From contig NMRA01000302.1 in the NCBI GenBank assembly GCA_002633005.1, positions 336,704-400,703 on the forward strand: a DNA stretch of 64,000 nt, read 5' to 3'. This document shows positions 60,801 to 64,000 of the stretch, one piece after another (the stretch's first letter is position 1; each line of letters begins with the position of its first letter). A model generated the notes under the pieces. The model did not search any database. It was not told the DNA's origin and saw only the letters and a program-made list of their open reading frames with translations. Origin of the DNA: Phoronis australis (Eukaryota; Animalia; Phoronida). A program made the position numbers and the translations under genes.

Positions 60801-63661
60801 AAAACTGTTAGCTAATTTGTACATATAAAATGTGGTTTGAGCATTACCGTATTTGGTGTCCCCAGCAGTGCTAATTAGGTCGAGCCGAAGTTGTGGATAA
60901 TTTTAGAATTGGAATAAATCAAGTTAGTAGCATGAATGTTTTCCTTGGAGCAATCAATGATCTTAATTTGATTAATTGCTTTATTTTGCGCATGTAATTA
61001 ACCGTATCAAAAAACAAACGGGTTTCGCCCCAAAACGTGAACCAGAACAATGTTTTGTAAGATGATGGACGCAACATTGGGATTTAAAAGCCTCTGGTTT
61101 GTAGTTGTATTTTTTGATATATTGTACTAATCTATTTTTAATATTCTACACAATGTGTACCGAGTAAGTCCATTGAATGCTTCAGCTAATAAATTCACTG
61201 CCGTACACTTTATTTTTAATACTAGTTCAGACTTGATGGCATCAACTTTATCATTAGAGAATCATTCAACCAAATGCTAGTGTTTGGTGGTTTTTGGCTA
61301 ATTGTCAAAACTACACTAACTTGAAAGTCGTTTTGAATCCAAAACATTCATCGCGGGTTTCAAGGCTGTTTTGAAGCTCTAAAGTTGTCACCGTGCTTTG
61401 TGTGTTCACAGATACGTGGAGTACATTTGTGACATGGTGAAGAGCCCGCCAGTGTTGCCTCACAACCGTCCTGTCATGCTGTCTCAAATCACGCTAGCCC
61501 CTGTACCTCTCTTCAATAAAAACAAGTGAGTATGGGAAGTAACTGTCGCAGTCACGTAGAATTACGTAACTAATTACGACTGTGCTGGTTATAGTGTCTT
61601 TATTTCTGTGTCATTTTTTTAAATCTCATCAGAACTTCAGCGCGTTTTACAAACTGCCTTTTTTCAAAGTAATGAACTTTCAACATGGCATTATATTTTA
61701 ACTGTTGGTGTAAGCCAGAAATTTTGAAGAGGTGATTGTCACATTGTTGACAATTCATATAAAAATAAAATGTAAATCTGCATTTATTTTTAAAATTTCT
61801 GACGCTAGGTTGAAGGAAACCGCATTGGTGTGTTCTTAATTATCAAGCCTGGGGAACAAGACGGAACCTGTTTAAGTAATAAATATAATTTCAGGATATT
61901 TATTTCAGCACCCCGAACATTTAAATTCATTTGAGTGCTCTTCACTGAGTTGGTGGTTGCGTTTTACTCTGCTCACAAGCTTGTGTCTGTTTTCAGGAAT
62001 GGATGTACGCCATTCATTGAGATATATGTTGAGGAGGATAGAATACTGTCTACGTCACAGGCGTATGAGAGAATGCGGTATGTTTTTGTTTGTTTACATC
62101 TTTTAAACGGTTTATTTTCAGTTCGTTTCCGGAATAGATAAGCTTTTATCTGTTAAAGGAATTGTATGTAAATACGTTGTCTAAATTTCCACTTTGCATG
62201 TGCATATGCCAGGCTTGTATGCTAACAATTTGTTAAGTAATGTCAGTTGTCTAGTCAGAGTATGATACGTGAATATTTTGTCATACGGGTACAGACGTAA
62301 GTCTACAAGACGAATTTATGAATTGCCATGCTGAGTGTTACACGACCTCTTGTCATCCTCTGGACGTCCAGGGTCACTTCTTTGTTACCCGCCGTTAAAA
62401 AAATTGTGAACTACGCTGTTTGTAGAAGTCTAGCAAATACATTTTGACCATTTTAGACCGTTCACAATTGAAGACGGCAAGGTTGTGATTCCACTGAATA
62501 TCTCAGTGACAGGAGATGTCACCATTGCTGCATTCCACGCTCGCTCCACATTTGGCGGGAAGGTTCAAGGAAAGGTACACTATCTCGTTTCGTGATTAAA
62601 TTTCACTTGTTGTTTTGCAGTGCAGATTTCCTCTGATTGAAATTGATTTATTTTCCTTCATGCGACCAACCGTAAAATATTGCGCTGACTCTGAAGCATT
62701 TTGTTTGCAGTCTGAGAAAAGATATATTATCTTTCAGCTGTAAAAAACAATGCCAATATTTTAGCAATGAAAAAGTGCACCCTGCTAATTTAAAGTAGAA
62801 AATTTAGTATCTTAATGACTGGTCTGAGAGGAGTGAGGGTAGGTTAAGTGGAAACAAACAATATTTTAAAGGGAAATGTAATCCACTATGATGTGACCTT
62901 TAGTAAAAATCAAAATCTTTGGTTGTCTGGGAGAGGCATTTTTATTCAGTTAATTCCCTTGGTGTACTTTGTATGAAAGTGCCCAGCAAACGGCCAGCAT
63001 CTTGATTCTGCATTCTAATTCTGTTGAGTAAATAACACAAATGATGGACACAAGTGGTGTTAATACTGTGGTGGATGTTACATTTCTTCAATGGAATTGA
63101 GTACTGCGCCAAGACACGGACCTTTGTTGGGACATTCACCTCACATTCTATAGTTCCTTGGATAGTAAATGCCTGCATAATGTACCTTTAAGATAACCAG
63201 GTATCTGTAGTTTTTCTAAACGTACCATCAAAAGCGGTTGAATTCCCCTCTGAGGTCGCCCTTTTGATCTTAAGCCTGGTTATGCCACTAGCTATGGGAA
63301 AATCTGCAAGTAGGCTGTTGAACCACATGTCAAGTCCCAGACGACTGGACAGGGCTGCAGCTTGTCTGATGATGTTTTAGTAATAAGTCTATTACTGGGG
63401 TACCGCATTGTGAGAACCAGTTTTCTCCACTGAATAACCAGCATCAAAATGGTTCTCAGAATCAGGGACCCTGTACGTGACTATTGCCAATATTTCAACA
63501 GTTAATTGAGCATTACTGCAGTAATGTCACAGTGTATGATCCATGTCTAACAATGTCCTTTTAATGTTTTTTATTTTTTAGATAACCTCTATGAAAATGT
63601 TCCAAATACAATTTCACACTGGTTTCATCAATCCCACACTGAAGTATATCAAATTTGCCAA
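51682..63661 (+). CDS. GAK: Cyclin G-associated kinase / auxilin, first 17 coding exons (continues beyond window)
   Basis: Spliced 2006 nt: IAEGGFAFVY, YALK, HPNIVQF, IIHRDLK, KLCDFGS, TTPMYRAPE, DIWALGC, then PTEN-like (DFSYITSRI, HCLDGK) and C2 (CTPFIEIY, QFHTGFI). All splice phases consistent. Confidence 0.96.
51924..51985 (+). CDS. GAK: GAK exon 2
   Basis: GFAFVYVAQDQSTSKEYALK. Confidence 0.93.
52350..52409 (+). CDS. GAK: GAK exon 3
   Basis: RLLASDKEKNDAVLKEIRFL|gtatcctt. Confidence 0.92.
52410..53065 (+). other. GAK: U12-type (minor spliceosome) GT-AG intron
   Basis: 5' site GTATCCTT; branch TTCCTTAAC at 53048-53056, ending 9 nt before the exon; no polypyrimidine tract. Confidence 0.92.
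53066..53180 (+). CDS. GAK: GAK exon 4
   Basis: KKLCNHPNIVQFMAAASIGKDESDHGQHEYLLLTELCA. Confidence 0.93.
53756..53889 (+). CDS. GAK: GAK exon 5
   Basis: ...FYQTCRAVQHMHKQKPAIIHRDLK. Confidence 0.93.
54485..54610 (+). CDS. GAK: GAK exon 6
   Basis: IENLLLSMTGVIKLCDFGSATT...VEDE. Confidence 0.93.
56271..57159 (+). mobile_element. Internally deleted Gypsy-type LTR retrotransposon in GAK intron 6
   Basis: Two LTR copies start tgtgac at 56271 and 57051; PPT aggggggagaa 57040-57050; ORF 56567-56863 resembles the integrase C-terminus (VGATVFLR..GRNKIQ); flanks cttg/ctgg. Confidence 0.82.
57310..57535 (+). CDS. GAK: GAK exon 7
   Basis: IAKNTTPMYRAPEMLDLYSN...DIWALGC...FHDLL. Confidence 0.94.
58133..58279 (+). 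CDS. GAK: GAK exon 8
   Basis: AMLQVDPRNRP...IAASRNVNPK. Confidence 0.9.
58537..58693 (+). CDS. GAK: GAK exon 9
   Basis: ...SIKGGAGNLMKNIKDASARVVETVS. Confidence 0.9.
58905..58954 (+). CDS. GAK: GAK exon 10
   Basis: MNKQDMDFSYITSRIA. Confidence 0.9.
59564..59712 (+). CDS. GAK: GAK exon 11
   Basis: MSFPAEGMEAAFKNNIDEV...YNLSQRSY...FQNR. Confidence 0.93.
60083..60205 (+). CDS. GAK: GAK exon 12
   Basis: VSECGWPPKKAPTLHNLFAICKNM...VCIVHCL. Confidence 0.93.
60639..60772 (+). CDS. GAK: GAK exon 13
   Basis: DGKAVSATVV...PGISPSQK. Confidence 0.92.
61412..61525 (+). CDS. GAK: GAK exon 14
   Basis: YVEYICDMV...PVPLFNKN. Confidence 0.92.
61997..62077 (+). CDS. GAK: GAK exon 15
   Basis: NGCTPFIEIYVEEDRILSTSQAYERM. 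Confidence 0.92.
62457..62574 (+). CDS. GAK: GAK exon 16
   Basis: PFTIEDGKVVIPL...HARSTFGGKVQGK. Confidence 0.92.
63582..63661 (+). CDS. GAK: GAK exon 17
   Basis: ITSMKMFQIQFHTGFINPTLKYIKFA. Confidence 0.92.
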
Positions 63662-63842
63662 GTGAGTTTTTTTGTTGTGTTAAAGCTGCCATGAACCGGC
63701 ATTCTGTTTTTTTGTTGTGTTAAAGTTGCCATGAACCGGTATTCTGTCAAGAAATAGGCACTTACCATATTATTATAAAATCAGTCTCAACTTGTTCCTT
63801 ACTTAGATTGGAGGTGACTTCTGAGTTAAAGGAGAACTGGCA

Positions 63843-64000
63843 GTTGGCTATTGCTTGACACCAGGCTCAATGATTTGGTATGACATGGCCGGTCTGTTGG
63901 CTATTGGTTGACACCAGGCTCAATGATTTGGTATGACATGGCCAGTCTGTTGGCTATTGGTTGACACCAGGCTCAATGATTTGGTATGACATGGCCGGTC
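63843..64000. repeat. 53-bp minisatellite, about 3 copies, runs to window edge
   Basis: Unit starts at 63843, 63896 and 63949. Confidence 0.9.

Noticed and set aside
63843-64000. Regular repeats resembling a CRISPR array
   Set aside because: Units are contiguous with no unique spacers; an intronic eukaryotic minisatellite

Overview
This window is eukaryotic, AT-rich and dense in transposable elements; it is probably from an invertebrate animal. Right end (51682-63661+, + strand): the first 17 coding exons of GAK/auxilin (NAK kinase, PTEN-like and start of C2 domain), with a GC-AG intron 1 and a U12-type intron 3. Main discovery, not evident from the ORF track: a 9-exon gene on the minus strand (40901 down to 11920). 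Assembled by hand with consistent splice phases, it gives a 421-aa protein: signal peptide, one Sushi/CCP domain, two divergent Ig-like domains each split over three exons, and a GPI-anchor-like tail. It sits in a tandem array: a paralog begins at 1099 and runs off the left edge, and a decayed third copy lies at about 48.9-50.2 kb. The rest is TE debris: two Penelope-like elements (one with an inverted arm and a decayed hammerhead core), a deleted Polinton/Maverick (integrase + major capsid), L1/Tx1 and RTE-X-like fragments, a Gypsy remnant, a solo LTR, Harbinger elements/MITEs and micro/minisatellites. There is also a MITE-like element carrying a copy of GAK exon 1. All calls come from manual reading; no database searches were run.
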